From Utricularia gibba (Eukaryota; Plantae; Magnoliophyta): 64,000 bases of DNA. The stretch's first letter is position 1, and each line of letters starts with the position of its first letter. A model generated the notes under the pieces. It ran no database searches and was not told where the DNA came from. It was given only the letters and a program-made list of their open reading frames with translations. A program made the translations under genes and the position numbers. Shown here one piece after another: positions 1 to 12,712 of the stretch. The stretch spans positions 2,728,001 to 2,792,000 of the forward strand of contig NEEC01000004.1 in the NCBI GenBank assembly GCA_002189035.1. The letters run 5' to 3'.

Positions 1-180
1 CCTTCGGTTACTAAGAATAGCGGCGAGTTTCAGGGATGAAGAAAGCGAATGAAATCCATAAACAAGAATCATTCATCATCACAAGTATCACAGAATCCCC
101 AAGTCAACTTCTCAGGCAAATCACCAACAACCTCACAGGCAAAGAAGAAAAGCAAGCCGCTTTAGAGGTTGGATGGTTAC

Positions 181-352
181 CAGGAATTTCCCAGGGCTCG
201 CACTTATTGAGCTCAACTTTGGTAATCACCGGAAAGTTGTGGTCGAGGCCGGCAACCCAGTTCATGAGATAATCGCAAATAAGCTCTTCGTCACGAGGAT
301 AGAACCTGAAGCCCGGTGGAAGATTGGCCTCCACGTTGCATAAGGTGTTCAT
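181..352 (-). CDS. NAC1: NAC domain transcription factor (NAC1/NAC021-022-like), first coding exon only; the gene continues beyond the left edge of the window
   Basis: Translates MNTLCNVEANLPPGFRFYPRDEELICDYLMNWVAGLDHNFPVITKVELNKCEPWEIP(G), i.e. NAC subdomains A-B. A phase-1 GT donor (CCTG|GTAACC) lies at 181/180, the usual first NAC intron position. The family call is firm; the clade call rests on recalled similarity to Arabidopsis NAC1 (VEAKLPPGFRF..ELVCDYL..VDLNKCEPW). Confidence 0.85.
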
Positions 353-440
353 TTTGGAGTCTCTTTGGGCTGTGGAAGGTGAAGTGGGAAGAGGAGGATG
401 AGAATTCCAAGTGGCCGCGCTGTAGACGCCATGGCTTCCC

Positions 441-450
441 ACATATATAG
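441..450 (-). promoter_or_regulatory. Probable TATA box of the NAC gene
   Basis: CTATATATGT on the minus strand about 90 bp upstream of the ATG at 352, just downstream of a CT-rich tract (GA repeat on + at ~453-475). Confidence 0.5.
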
Positions 451-1359
451 ACGGAGAGGAGAGGAGAGGAGAGGGTCGCAAGAGAACAGGGGATGGCGAC
501 CCCCATAGCATCCACCATCACTTCACGCAATTTGTGTTTTTTTTTAAGTAAAAATAAATATGAACACCGTCTAAATGATATTGGTCCAAACGAATTTCTT
601 ATTTACTAAATTACTATAGTAACATTAAATGCTTTTTGAACATTGGATTACAGGTTCTTCTAATTAATTTAGAGTTGCTTTGTTGTTGAAATAGATGGTA
701 ATATGCTGAAATTCAGATTACCATGTTGATTTGTTTGGCTTTGGGGTTGAAGATGCGCATTTCCACCAAGTCTACACCTAAACAAAATGTCAACTTGTCC
801 TCCTCATGATGGATGAGTTGAATAGGCTATAAAAATAATGTAGTGAAAATATCTCCAAAGTTAGGCATGTCTTTCAATTACATGAAACTCCATGGATCTG
901 TTTGGGTCAAAATTGGGATGGGCATGAATCAAAATCAATTCACGAGAATGGCAGATTTTGTCTATGAAAAAAATGTTTAAGAATCACTTTTGTCACTAAT
1001 CATGAGTAGTTGATATTTAAAAACACACCTTTTTTTATTTTTAGAAAAACTATAGACTTACTACTTGTGTTGTAGTAAAAATACTTTTGAATGAATGGAA
1101 TCAAATAAACTTTATACCTTATCTATTACACACACAAAATGAATATTGAGATTGATTCATATGGTCACACACATATCAATTATCATTTTTGTTTTGTAAA
1201 TAGTGTGTCGTGTCAGGGGTTGTTGCAGATTGCAACCATGAGCACGGCAAGAACCGGAGCGTGTTTGGTGATCATCCTTCAGGTGAGATTTTCAAGTTAG
1301 TTTAGGCTGTTAAACCTACCGGGCTCTTACTTTTTGTGGCATTCAACCCTCCCCCGTAC

Positions 1360-3400
1360 TCATAAACACACGTGTAAACTAAACATGACTGCTTCAGGAC
1401 AAATGGTAATTGCTATTGCATTTTAATAATCTATTTTTGTTTTTCTCCACACTCGGCACTCTTATGAAGGAAGCAAATTACTTTTTCAAAAGTATGCTCA
1501 TTGCAAAAGGGCAAAGTGTGATGGATGCATGACATGCAACTCAAATAAGAGTAACAAGGTATGAGAATATAAATGAATCTTACAAAGAATAAGATTGAAG
1601 CACCTACCTAAAAGCATCTTCTCCACATGAATGAGAATCATGCTGCTTTTTCAATCTATTGCAAATTTCAACATACATTGGGAATTATATACCATGTGAA
1701 GTGATGTTTTTAAAGTACTTCTAGAACTTTTTTTTTTTTTTTTTCAAGAAAAGTTGAAGTTATCCAAAAGGAGGAATAATAATAATGCGCCATATTTATG
1801 AAAGAAGTGAGCTCCACACGCAACCAGGATGCAGGAAGGGGGAACCCTATTTTCATCACTCCAGTTTGGATACCAGTGGTTTTGAGACAAGCCAATGCCA
1901 TCTGGGGACGAGGGAGGATTTTCATCGGACATGCTAATCTTTGACACGCATGCACCAGATAGGGAAAGACGGCGACAGTGTCTCCTGACTCGTTTATTTT
2001 GGCTTGTTTCTGTGGTGGACATCCATCCATCCATCCGTTTGATTGCGTCATCAGAACATTACAGGAAGAGAGTGCGACATGGTCCCAGTTCTACAGAGAT
2101 GTTACTCTGATCTTATGCATGCAAGCTACAAACCATGCAATCACTCCCGTCATGGAAAAAAGATTGTTATCTGATGCTTTTCAATCTCTCTATCCCATTA
2201 CTCAACTTGGGATAATTCCTCATCTAAACCGCGTTTCAGGGAAGAATGCCCACGCTGACTCACCATCTACGCCCTCCCTGAAAGACAAAATTTTTCATTT
2301 CAATGGTGTGATAATATCAACGGCCACGTTGGGAGGCGCCCCCACGTGACATGATATGCCCACCGTTTCCCAAGTGGCATCAACGAGGATACTGTGTGTT
2401 TGTTTCCTCTGCTGTCCAAGGCTAGGGATGGTGAGTGTTCCAACTTCGATTCGAAGAGCCGCCACCCCGGCCCGGCCCTCGTGTCCAAGTACGTGGAATA
2501 CTTGGGCGCGCATCTGTTCCCACTTTTCCCTTGTCGTCATCCAAATCAACCGTCCACATGTCTTTTGGCACACACTGCATCCAGTTCAGCGATACAAGAT
2601 TCTTAGCTAGCAACCTGGCGAAAAGAACAACCTGCGGTCACGTGCGACCACTGAGCCGCCTCCAGAAACTGCCAAAAACCAGTAGCGGGATACGCCAGTT
2701 CACTTTCCCACCAATCATGCTCCTTGCTGCACGTCATCAAGGAAATGAAAAGCCTCAACTCTCCCAAAGCAAAGCAAACCCAAGTCTAGAGTTTTATATG
2801 AATTCTTTAAACAAGAAGAAAAAGAAGAAGAGACCACCCACTAGATTTTGGAAGGAGAAAAGCAGTGAAAGAACGATAAGCATCAACTAGGAATGGAATG
2901 AAGAAAGGTATCCATCCCATTTCCATGTGGTCCAGAAGGGTTTCTCCTCCTGACCGACGGACTGAGTGAACATGTCCATTCCCACATGGGAAAATTCTGT
3001 TGTCACAGCCACAGGTGGTCCAGCCCCCATCTCTACTTCCCCCAAGGCACCAAATAAGACCATGGCATTCGGCATGCATCTCCGTCCACACACCATGGCG
3101 GTTGTGTCCGAAACGTCTCAAACCAAAAACTCAAATTGACGCACGTGTCATTCATCGCTTCCACATTGGAAAGTAAACTTCCAGGAGATAGAATGATGTG
3201 TGCACATTGCACAGACACATACGTGGTGATTGCTTTTTTCTTTGTCCCCAATCGGTTACTAAAAAGCAGGAAGGGGCATCCATCCAGTGATTGCTTGGTC
3301 TACTCACGCAGCTGTGGTGGTGCTCTACAGATAAAGCATGCGAAGGGGTGGGGAGCCCGCGGAGAGAGTGGCCCCTGCGTGCAGGGGACAGGGATCCGAT
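1360..3400. promoter_or_regulatory. Distal upstream regulatory region of the NAC gene (G-box and AuxRE-like motif cluster)
   Basis: Relatively GC-rich stretch with no TE or protein signature I can recognise. CACGTG at 1369, 2343, 2639 and 3142; GAGACA/TGTCTC at 1884 and 1979; TGTCCC/GGGACA at 3243 and 3385. Confidence 0.35.
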
Positions 3401-3559
3401 CATCTCTTCCTACAACGTCATTCCAAAGTTAAATGATAAACTTCGCAGAAATAGAGATAAAGATTCATTCGGTTGCAACTTGCTGCTATGTGACAGTTCC
3501 CACCCACAGCCGGTTCTGGTGGCTCCGTGCCAATGGAAGCAACACTAAAATGATTCATT

Positions 3560-3975
3560 CCACATATTTGACCTGAATCGCATATGTTATCCAAAATATT
3601 TGCAAAATAAGATATTTCACTCATAAAAAATTTAATGCATAAACATATTTTACCCATAAAAATTTAGTTTTGATATTTTCTACTCATAAAATATTATAAC
3701 GAGACATATTTGATCCAAATAAAAGTCATAAAACTTTACAACGAATTACATTTGACCCAATAAATTTAATGTTGATACCATGTACAATATCAAATTGGTA
3801 TATTCAACCAAAGAATTAACATATTTGATCCTTATATTTTAATAAATTGACATTGTTGACCCTTTAAGTTTGTTAAATCTACATATTTAACCCATAAAAT
3901 GTAATAAATTAACATAATTAACCCAATAAATTTATCAAATTGATATAATTAACCCATATAATTTATCAAAATTTT
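3560..3975. repeat. Degenerate ~30-bp tandem array (core ACATATTT(G/A)ACCC), probably TE subterminal repeats
   Basis: Units such as acatatttaacccataaaatgtaataaatta / acataattaacccaataaatttatcaaattg / atataattaacccatataatttatcaaaatt; the core recurs roughly ten times. Confidence 0.6.
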
Positions 3976-5000
3976 TAAAAAATTGAAAATCATTTTCGAA
4001 ATAAATGTTGATCAATAAGTACCTTGTAGACATGAACACAACAACAGGTCAATCCGTGTATCCGCCAAGTCGACCCGCTACGAGTTGAGCCTGTGATTTG
4101 TATCCATTTCAAATGGTTATGAGTTGAGGTTGACCTCGACTGATATATTTAAAAAAAAGCTTGGGTGCGGACTAGAGTTTTCAATCTTAGACAAATGATA
4201 TTACACAATTGAAAATAAATGAAATAAATTTTATAACTAAAAATTGAAAATATTATAAAATTGAATAATTTTATTTTAAAAAATTTGATTATATAAATAA
4301 CATACTAATAATAAAAATATTTTTTATATAAGAAGAATGAATATATTATTTTAAATCTATCTTTTGTTTTCGTTAACGTTAAACATAATTTAAATTTTGA
4401 GAGCAAAAATATGATATTATACCAAATTTTTTTAGAATTTCAATGCAAAAATCTGAATGTGGCAATATTAAATGTGTATCATTTTAGAATAAAAATGGTA
4501 CATGTGATAGTTTATGATATTTATAAGTTCAATTGATTAAAAATAAAATTTTGTAATATAATTTTATTATATTCAAAATTTTCAACAAAAAATACGCATA
4601 AATACATTTTTTTTTACAAATGCCAAAGTAAATGTACTATAAGTTGAATTTTGTGTATATGAATGTATGATATTTGTGATGTTTTATTATGAACTCTATA
4701 TTTTAGAATAATAAAGTGCCGAATATATTATTTTTTTATTAAAAAAACATTATATCTTTAAACTACACAATATTACATTATTTTATTACAAAAAAATAAT
4801 GCACTCTATTTTTAAAATACATAATAAGTACAAATTAATAAACAATAATACAATAAGAAAATATACCTTATTCTTAAAATACACAAGAATTGATTACATT
4901 CTATTTTTTATTAAATTTTATTAAAAAAATAATAAAAATAATGCATTCAATGTTTTGATCTTCTAAAAAATATTGTATATTCTTTTATTACATTATTTTT

Positions 5001-5158
5001 TAAAGTGAATGGTTGGGATTCATATAGTAGACAATAACCTACGTCCGTGTTATATAATAATTGAAATGTTTGTAATTTTATTATTATATTTGTATCGTAT
5101 GAAAAAAATAGTCAACTTAAGCCTTTTAATATAATCATCATCCCAATCATTCACTTTA
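5001..5158. mobile_element. Small MITE-like element with 19-bp terminal inverted repeats
   Basis: taaagtgaatggttgggat (5001-5019) pairs with atcccaatcattcacttta (5140-5158) with one mismatch. Confidence 0.45.
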
Positions 5159-5299
5159 GAAATGGACTCTACTAATCTATGGATCATACATAATAAAAAG
5201 ATTAATTAAGATTAGTAATAAAACACAATATAATACATGATATGAAAACACACTACTTAATTTCGAATGTTCCTTGTTATATGAGTGAATATGTTATGC

Positions 5300-8050
5300 A
5301 TCGAATACAAAACTAGGATACATCATTGGTATTTCTCTCCAAGATTGCACAATATGGCAAGGGTATAGTGAATCCTACAACATATAGATATAATTCAAAA
5401 TGACATATATTCTAATGACAAATGAGAAATATATATGTATAGTAAACCATACTTCATGTTAATTAACAAGAAGATGTAGATAGTGTTGCATGAATTATGC
5501 TTCACGCACCACTTTTCAATTATTTTCAAGTCAAACTTTTCTCCACAGTATATTGTATCCAAAGGTTGTGGATAAATGCAACATTCATTAGACGATCCGA
5601 TAGCTACAATGTCATGATTTTTCTATAGGTAAAAATAAAAATCATCAATAATAATACCAAAAAAAAAATAATTTATACTCTGTTAGATTCATATTCATCG
5701 ACTTACTAAATGATGTCGTCAAGTACATCGTTCATCAATTCACCATACAACTGTAGATGGGGAGCCTTAGACCTTTGTTTATTTTTTTGAACCAATTGAA
5801 TATCGTAAGCATTTGAGTTGCTATTAACTTCCACCTACATATTGACACAACTATTGAAGATTACTACTTTGTTGTTGGTTTGACTATATGACATGTTGTA
5901 CACCACACTTGTTGGGACCGTCTTCAGATTCTTTTTTCACTATTATAGGACTTTGGTGAGAAGTCTCACCAACTTCCTTATTACCCATCGAACTATAATA
6001 ATTGATAACTTTCATGTTGGCTGTACATGGCTCTTGTGGCATGAGTATTTCATAATGTTCTAGTCATATCTTTATTTAATTCACGCTTTTTGCAATCTTT
6101 TTTCTTGTGACCTTTTTTGTCACATATGGATCATGATGTCATCCTACAAATTACATTCAATTGACCCTAAATCCAAAATCAATCCAGACATAAAAGAGTG
6201 TGACGAACAAAACCTAGAGGATCTATATTTTTGTGAAGTAGATGACCGGTCGGACTTCCAAACTCTACAATCACAGATATGCTTAGTCAATTAGACGATC
6301 TATTTTTTTGTTTCCTCTGACCACCAGTAATTACCTCAATGACAAACTTCCATATGCTCTTTTCTTTCATCTTCCAATTCTTGGCTTAGAATATTCTCAA
6401 TTTTTGGACATAAATCTCCATGCCATGTTGATGATGCTTAACAAACCAATTGCAAACATTATCATTAATTTGTTCCAAAAGCTCTATTCGGTCTAGCCTC
6501 CTAGCATCTTTGAGAGCCGAATTAAGTGACTTTGGGTTGTTATTTGTCAAAGTGACATACATGTTACTTTGATGAAATAATGTTCGACACCATTGGAATG
6601 GTGGGATACCGTCAATATACTCATATGCTTTCGGATCCTTAAGCATATCTATGACACACTTAAACTGACCAGACATTGTAACTCAAGCAGCAGCCCACAC
6701 ATGGCCCTTCAAAACAGTCATCAATTTCGTTGGAATGCTTCTCCCAAGATTCTTGAGCAAATGCAAGACACAATGACGAATCTACAAAATACAATAGCTA
6801 AATATCAAATAAATATTGTTAATTTATAATTTATAACATATATGGCTCAATGTATTACCTTGACTTTCAGAAGAAAATCTCTCAAGATGGATAATATTGT
6901 AGAAGCTTTATTTGAAACTATGGTAAACGATTCTTACGTCTCTTACAAAATACCATAGTCTTCAGAAAGCAATTTTATGAAATAAGTCTAATTTATCAAA
7001 GTTTCACCACCAAGAACACCCCATATAATGGAAAAAACTCTATTATTCAGATTTAAGGCTACCGCCACTAGCACTTTTCTGTTCAATTTACTCAATATAT
7101 ATGTGTCATCATCTTCGATCACATTATGAACACACATATAGAATTCATCTTTATAAGCCTATGATTAACATTTAAATCACAAAAATATTAAAAAGGAGAA
7201 TCAAATATTATCACATAATCCAATAAATCAACTATAATTAAATGATAATTTATCATTACATAATAAATAAAATACACTTCTAATATACAATATTCAACAA
7301 TAAAACAACCAAAAATATATAATAAAAAATACTACAAAATTGAAAAAAAATTACCAAATATATGACAAAAATGCTTAAAAAATACATACCTTAGGACAAT
7401 AAATTCTTGCGCATATTTTACTTTTCTCATCTTCACCATCATTTACCTCTAGTATTACCACGATAGCAACTTCATTCAATATTTGATATTGTTCACCATA
7501 ACTTTGCAAGTCTTCGAAATTATTCTTCATATTTTATACGCCATCTTTCTTGCATTTTCTTTCACTCTCCTCACCTTGTGAGGAGGCACCTCCACATGCC
7601 AATCACATTTTATATCCATAAGTAGATCCGAAACTTTCATCAATGGATGATCAATAAGCTTATCTATGTACATGTTCCCAAGCCAATGCACATTCACGGA
7701 TTTGTTGTTTACATGTGGTCGGCAATGATCACGATATGTAGTGATTTCATAAACACTCCAAGTTGTCATTGTTGTTACCTTCACGTACACCTTCCACGGG
7801 CATGCTACCCCTTCACTATCTTTACAACGAGTAATTAAATGAAACTTATCATTCTTCTCAAACCAAAACTGGATTCCTTTCTGGACACAATATTCTTCAA
7901 TTGCATTTTTAGCTTCAGTTTTGCATTGAAATACTATTCATTTCCTATAAATGAAACACAATTTAAATATTAAAAACAGCAATGGTGCGATTTGTTAATA
8001 CACTTGTCATCTCCTCTATTTACCTCTGAAATATTTTTGACATACTTTCC
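5300..8050 (-). mobile_element. Degenerate Mutator/MULE transposase remnant
   Basis: MuDR-type fragments: YVKVTTMTTWSVYEITTYRDHC..HWLGNMYIDKLIDHP..VEVPPHKVRRVKENA (7527-7790) and KAYEYIDGIPPFQWCR..LTNNNPKSLNSALKDARRL..IELLEQI (6386-6676). Many stops and frameshifts; boundaries approximate. Confidence 0.75.
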
Positions 8051-9110
8051 GTGATCTTCTTTAGTTGATCAGTGGTTACAAGTGTATCAATTTATTTTAG
8101 TACTTAGCTAGTTCATCCACTACCTCCATTCATTGGTTGTTAATTTTTGAGCATAGAACACTAAGATTCCACATAATGGAGGTGATCGAAACACGCCACA
8201 TAAAGTTATTGAGAAGAGAAGCCGAAGAAGAATGCAAGATAACTTTGATACCAAATTGAGAATTGAAGGTTGAGAATTTGTAAATGAACATAGAAAATGA
8301 TTTATCCATTCGAAAAGAAAGCTCAACCTTGTTCTTACAATCATACATGCATTTGTACTGGTGCTTAAATTCACTCACCACTTAATTAATAAATAAACAA
8401 ACATTTATATATATATATTTCAATATAAGGTAAGACCTATTCATTGGACAAAGGTTTTTGTGCTTGATGGTATAAATTTTCTTTGTATACGACATGTACA
8501 TTCATAAAAACATACACAAACTTGTTTTTTTTACAACACTCCTTTTCTATGTGATTAAGATTATTGAGAAACGGTGAAACTTATTGTCCATCCATCCGCC
8601 TTTATTTCTAAAATGTCAATTTATATCACATGTTTTCTTTGTAAATTTAATTTCATCATTTTTTAATTCACTCTAAGATGAAAATATATAAACAACTTAA
8701 AAAGATTGCATCTTATCTGTATTATTTAATTTGAAATATAAAATATTTAGACGTGTTTTATCATAATATTTGTATATGACATTTTTTTTTCAATTGTTTA
8801 GTTTGATGTGAATAACAATTTAGTTTTCTATGGCATGTCTCATTGTGAAAAGAGATAATAAAAATAGTTGATAGATGATATTAACAATATTATTTTATGT
8901 GACATGTAAATTAAATAAAATTTGGATCAAATTAAAAGTGTGGCAACTCATGGAAAATAACTTTAAATTATGACATTATTAAAAAAAAAGTAACACATTT
9001 TGATATTTACCTTCACATCAATACACGAGTATATGATATATGAGATGTACTTGAATAATAACCTCTTAAATCTTGAGACTAAATAAATATTATTACGAAA
9101 AATTTAAAAT

Positions 9111-9336
9111 AATATTATGAAAATTTTTTGAAAGCTATTTTTATTTTTAAAAAATAAAAATAATTTTATTTTAGAATAGTATAAATTATAAAAATAATTA
9201 TATCAAAATTATTTGAAAATTATATTATAACAATTACTTTTTTAAAAAAGGAATTAATTACTTTTTCATCTTATTTTTGCTATTTAAAATAATTTTAAAA
9301 ATATAGAAATACATAATAAAAAGTTTTGAGAACACT
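9111..9336. mobile_element. Tourist-like MITE, degenerate copy
   Basis: AT-rich ~220 bp ending in ttttgagaacact; internal similarity to 24531-24758 and 56866-57076. Confidence 0.35.
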
Positions 9337-9432
9337 TCATAAGTTTAGTTACTATTATTTACTAAATGATGTAATTGATTTGAAAAAAAAAATTTAAAAT
9401 TTTTTATTATTTCAAAGATATTTTTAATTGAT

Positions 9433-9900
9433 TCCCACTGTTTTCAAATTGAATAAAAATAATGTCTATTCTTGAAATTAATGATAAAATCAATCTCTAT
9501 TTTTTCTCCAATTCAATTTTACTATTTTTGATTACTTGCCGTCCACTACTGACCGTCGCTTGCCGCCAGTGCGCCCGTGCGGTTGCTGCCCTCACCCATT
9601 CATTGTGACGGGTGCACAGAAGCAGGGAGCGCACGGACGGCATGTAGTGGGAGGCGGGTCACGATAGTGCCTGGCAACAGTTGGACGATAGTCGTATGAA
9701 AACCAATTTTGTTAAATTATGAAATAATGAGAATCAAATATATATGATTTTTAAATATTAAAAACCAATTATAATTAGTTGAGAATCATATACATATAAT
9801 ATGTTAAAATTTAGATATTAAATATGGCAATGAAAACTAATTATGTCATTTTCATTAAATATTGAAAATTATTTGTGTCAATTTTATTAAATAGCTGGGA
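9433..9900. mobile_element. Foldback/MITE-like element with a GC-rich imperfect internal hairpin
   Basis: The ends tcccactgttttcaaattga and tcaattttattaaatagctggga are loosely inverted. The GC core at 9537-9697 is imperfectly self-complementary around a loop at ~9598-9609. No TSD seen. Confidence 0.35.
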
Positions 9901-10127
9901 TGTCTGTGATCGGATACACATATTATTATCTATATTTTAAATGTTAAAGAAAACATAGAACCCTTGCACAAACAATTCAATTATATTTTATGGAATTTAA
10001 TCCAACTCGTTTGTAGCCCAAAGTCATTTAACCATCCTTCAACTGTAGTTCTGTAAGATTTAATTTAATTACTATTAAATTGATTCAACTATAGTTTTTA
10101 AATATTGATTCTTCAATTTTGATTTTT

Positions 10128-10196
10128 TGGGCTGATCTGCAACACGATGAGGTCTCAATTCGCAAAGAGGCCCAGCCCAATTATTAAGGAAGCCCA
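10128..10196 (+). promoter_or_regulatory. Site II (TGGGCY, TCP-binding) cluster in the NSA2 promoter
   Basis: TGGGCT at 10128, GGCCCA at 10169, AGCCCA at 10174 and 10191. Site II motifs are typical of plant ribosome/translation gene promoters. Confidence 0.6.
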
Positions 10197-10334
10197 GTTC
10201 CAGCTCCTGGTCCATCCGACTTTTAATCGTTCCCCCCCCCCCCCACCCTGCAGCGTCATAGAAACGGCGGCAGGGCGTGGTGATCTCCGACTCCTATAGC
10301 TTTTGCTCTTTGAGATCTCTGCAGGCAACCAATC

Positions 10335-12215
10335 ATGGTTTGCTTATGAATTTTTTCCCCATTTTTTTGAATTTTGTGTACATTTGAATGTGTTAAGATT
10401 TCGTTTTTAAAATTTTTGCTGCCCATCTATACCCGCAGCCTCAAGGAGATTACATAGAGCTGCACCGCAAGCGGCATGGCTATCGCCATGACCACTTCGA
10501 GCGCAAACGCAAGAAGGAAGCTCGTGAAGTTCACAAGCGTTCGCAAATTGCCCAGAAGGTGATTTTTTTTTAGGAAATCGTTGTTATTTTTTTAACCCTT
10601 TTGGAGGAGTTTGTACGACATTCTGTTGCTCGTGTTGCTGGGCAGGCGTTGGGTATTAAGGGAAGATGTTCGCTAAGAAAAGATACGCTGAGAAGGCCCT
10701 CATGAAGAAAACGTGAGTTTCGCTTTTGTTTGAGTTTTCTGCTCGGTTTTGGCAAATTCAGGTCAAACCATACATTTGGGGGATCATTGTTTTTAAAAAT
10801 TATGAAACTTGGCTTACAGCCATCTTGCTAGAGTAAGTCCATCATCAATTTCATAGATAACCATTTTTCATCTTTTTTCTTTGGATATCTAGTAGATGGT
10901 ACAAGCTTTTTGTTGATCTAACGTGGACCTCATCCTTCTGTATTTTCCATTTTGTTTCTGTACCGTATATTGCAGATTTCGTTTGGAATACCAACTGAAT
11001 TATCAACAGCTAATTGGCGTGCTTGAATACATTGTACGTTAACAGATTAGCTATGCATGAGGAGTCATCAACCAGGAGGAAAGTTGATGATGATGTTCAT
11101 GATGGTGCTATTCCAGCATATCTTCTCGATCGTGATGAGACAACAAGAGCTAAGGTTGTCTTGTCTCTAGGTTTCATGCATTGTTTATCATTATTTTTGC
11201 TAATGCTGAAAAATTCATCTCCACTTCCTGACTACTGCTGAAAACATTTCAACTTCTTATAGGTGCTTAGCAATACCATAAAACAGAAGCGAAAGGAGAA
11301 AGCAGGAAAATGGGAGGTTCCACTTCCAAAGGTAGCCAACTCTACTCCTAGCTATCGGTTTGATGCTTTGGTCCATATTACTGGGTGGTTGTTGCAACTC
11401 CTATTAACGCCCTCAAGCTGCATGTGTTGAAATTTCTGTTTCTATTAATCTGGTTTGTTTGAACTCCACCGGGATCCCTGAAAACTGGAATTTTGTCGGT
11501 AATGTAGGTCAGACCTGTTGCTGAAGATGAAATGTTCAGAGTGATAAGATCAGGCAAAAGGAAAAGTAAGTTGCTTTTATTTCGTGAATGGATATGAGGG
11601 TTGGATGAATATCTGGCCCCGTTAGCGTTATTGTTTATGACATCCATGGCCAGGTATGATTATAATACCTGTCTTTCGTTGCAACCTTTTCAGCTAAGCA
11701 ATGGAAGAGGATGATCACCAAGGCCACATTTGTTGGACCAAGCTTTACAAGGAAGCCTCCCAAATATGAGCGCTTCATCCGACCGAGTGGTTTGCGGTTT
11801 ACAAAAGCGCATGTTACTCATCCTGAACTGAAATGCACCTTCAATCTAGAAATAATTGGTGTGAAGAAAAACCCGAACGGCCCCATGTATACTTCTCTAG
11901 GCGTGATAACAAAAGGCACAATCATTGAGGTAATTGGCCCGCCCCACTGGGCAATCTTCCATTCCATTCATTGTACCGCATGAATCCCAAAACTGCTTTC
12001 TTCTGTGTTCAGGTGAATGTGAGCGAACTGGGTCTGGTCACACCTGCTGGAAAAGTTGTCTGGGGTATATTTTCTTTCCTTTGTCAGTGCCTCTCCTACG
12101 TATTATGAGTGTTGACCATGGTTGTTGTTGGTGCCTCCAAAATCCAGGGAAGTATGCTCAAGTTACCAACAATCCTGAGAACGATGGATGCATTAATGCT
12201 GTTCTGCTCGTGTAA
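10335..12215 (+). CDS. NSA2: Ribosome biogenesis protein NSA2 homolog (9 coding exons; apparent 1-nt deletion in exon 3)
   Basis: Exons 10335-10337 (ATG only), 10439-10558, 10646-10712, 11046-11154, 11263-11331, 11508-11565, 11694-11929, 12013-12064 and 12148-12215, all with GT-AG introns. Protein [36 protein letters not shown]...[35 protein letters not shown]...[22 protein letters not shown] is the NSA2 signature. Confidence 0.95.
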
Positions 12216-12712
12216 TCAGAGCACCAATACCGAAGCCAGACGAACCATTGATCAACTCTACTACTTTTGGGTATCGGAAACTTGCCATGTTCTAGTTTAT
12301 GTAGGAGATTTGTTAACTTTAACCAGTAACCTTCATTGCTGTACGTTTCTAATTTTTGGGATCGGGGGGAGTTTCTCAATGCATGCGAAGAACAGCAGCG
12401 TCACGCAAGGGAGGTTTTCGTAAACTGAAATGCGCCATATGCAAAGAAATCACATCTCTAAAGCGAGTAGGAGAAATGCAATCAGTTTTCGGTGCACATG
12501 ATGAAACAAAACTTCCCCCGTCATTGGGATTTGTCTTCCCCAAAAATGGATCCCTCGCCCACAGTTTAACTATACAACAAAACCTTTCTGCGTACACAAG
12601 ATGCGGCGGATGACTTAGCCGCAGCCAACCATGCAGTAGAGTATCCTGCATCCATCAAACGCAGAGCAGTGAGTAGTTAAAGACATGACTGCCACGCCAC
12701 ACCTTGCGAGCG

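Noticed and set aside
104-511. 135-aa NAC ORF starting at the upstream ATG 511
   Set aside because: ATG 511 lies upstream of the likely TATA box (441-450), the conserved start matches ATG 352, and the ORF's 3' part reads into the intron.
1710-3657. Many 60-150-aa ORFs upstream of NAC as novel genes
   Set aside because: No recognisable domains, overlapping on both strands, and no coherent splice structure; expected in GC-richer DNA.
3560-3975. CRISPR-like array
   Set aside because: Eukaryotic context; degenerate head-to-tail units without unique spacers and no cas genes.
5300-8050. Domesticated MULE gene (MUSTANG/FAR1-like)
   Set aside because: Heavily degenerate, with a second decayed family member at ~51 kb.
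9612-9635. miR164-like sequence (AGAAGCAGGG) in a hairpin near a NAC1-like gene, which is a miR164 target family
   Set aside because: Only the central 10 nt match UGGAGAAGCAGGGCACGUGCA; both ends differ, and the hairpin lies in a MITE-like context.
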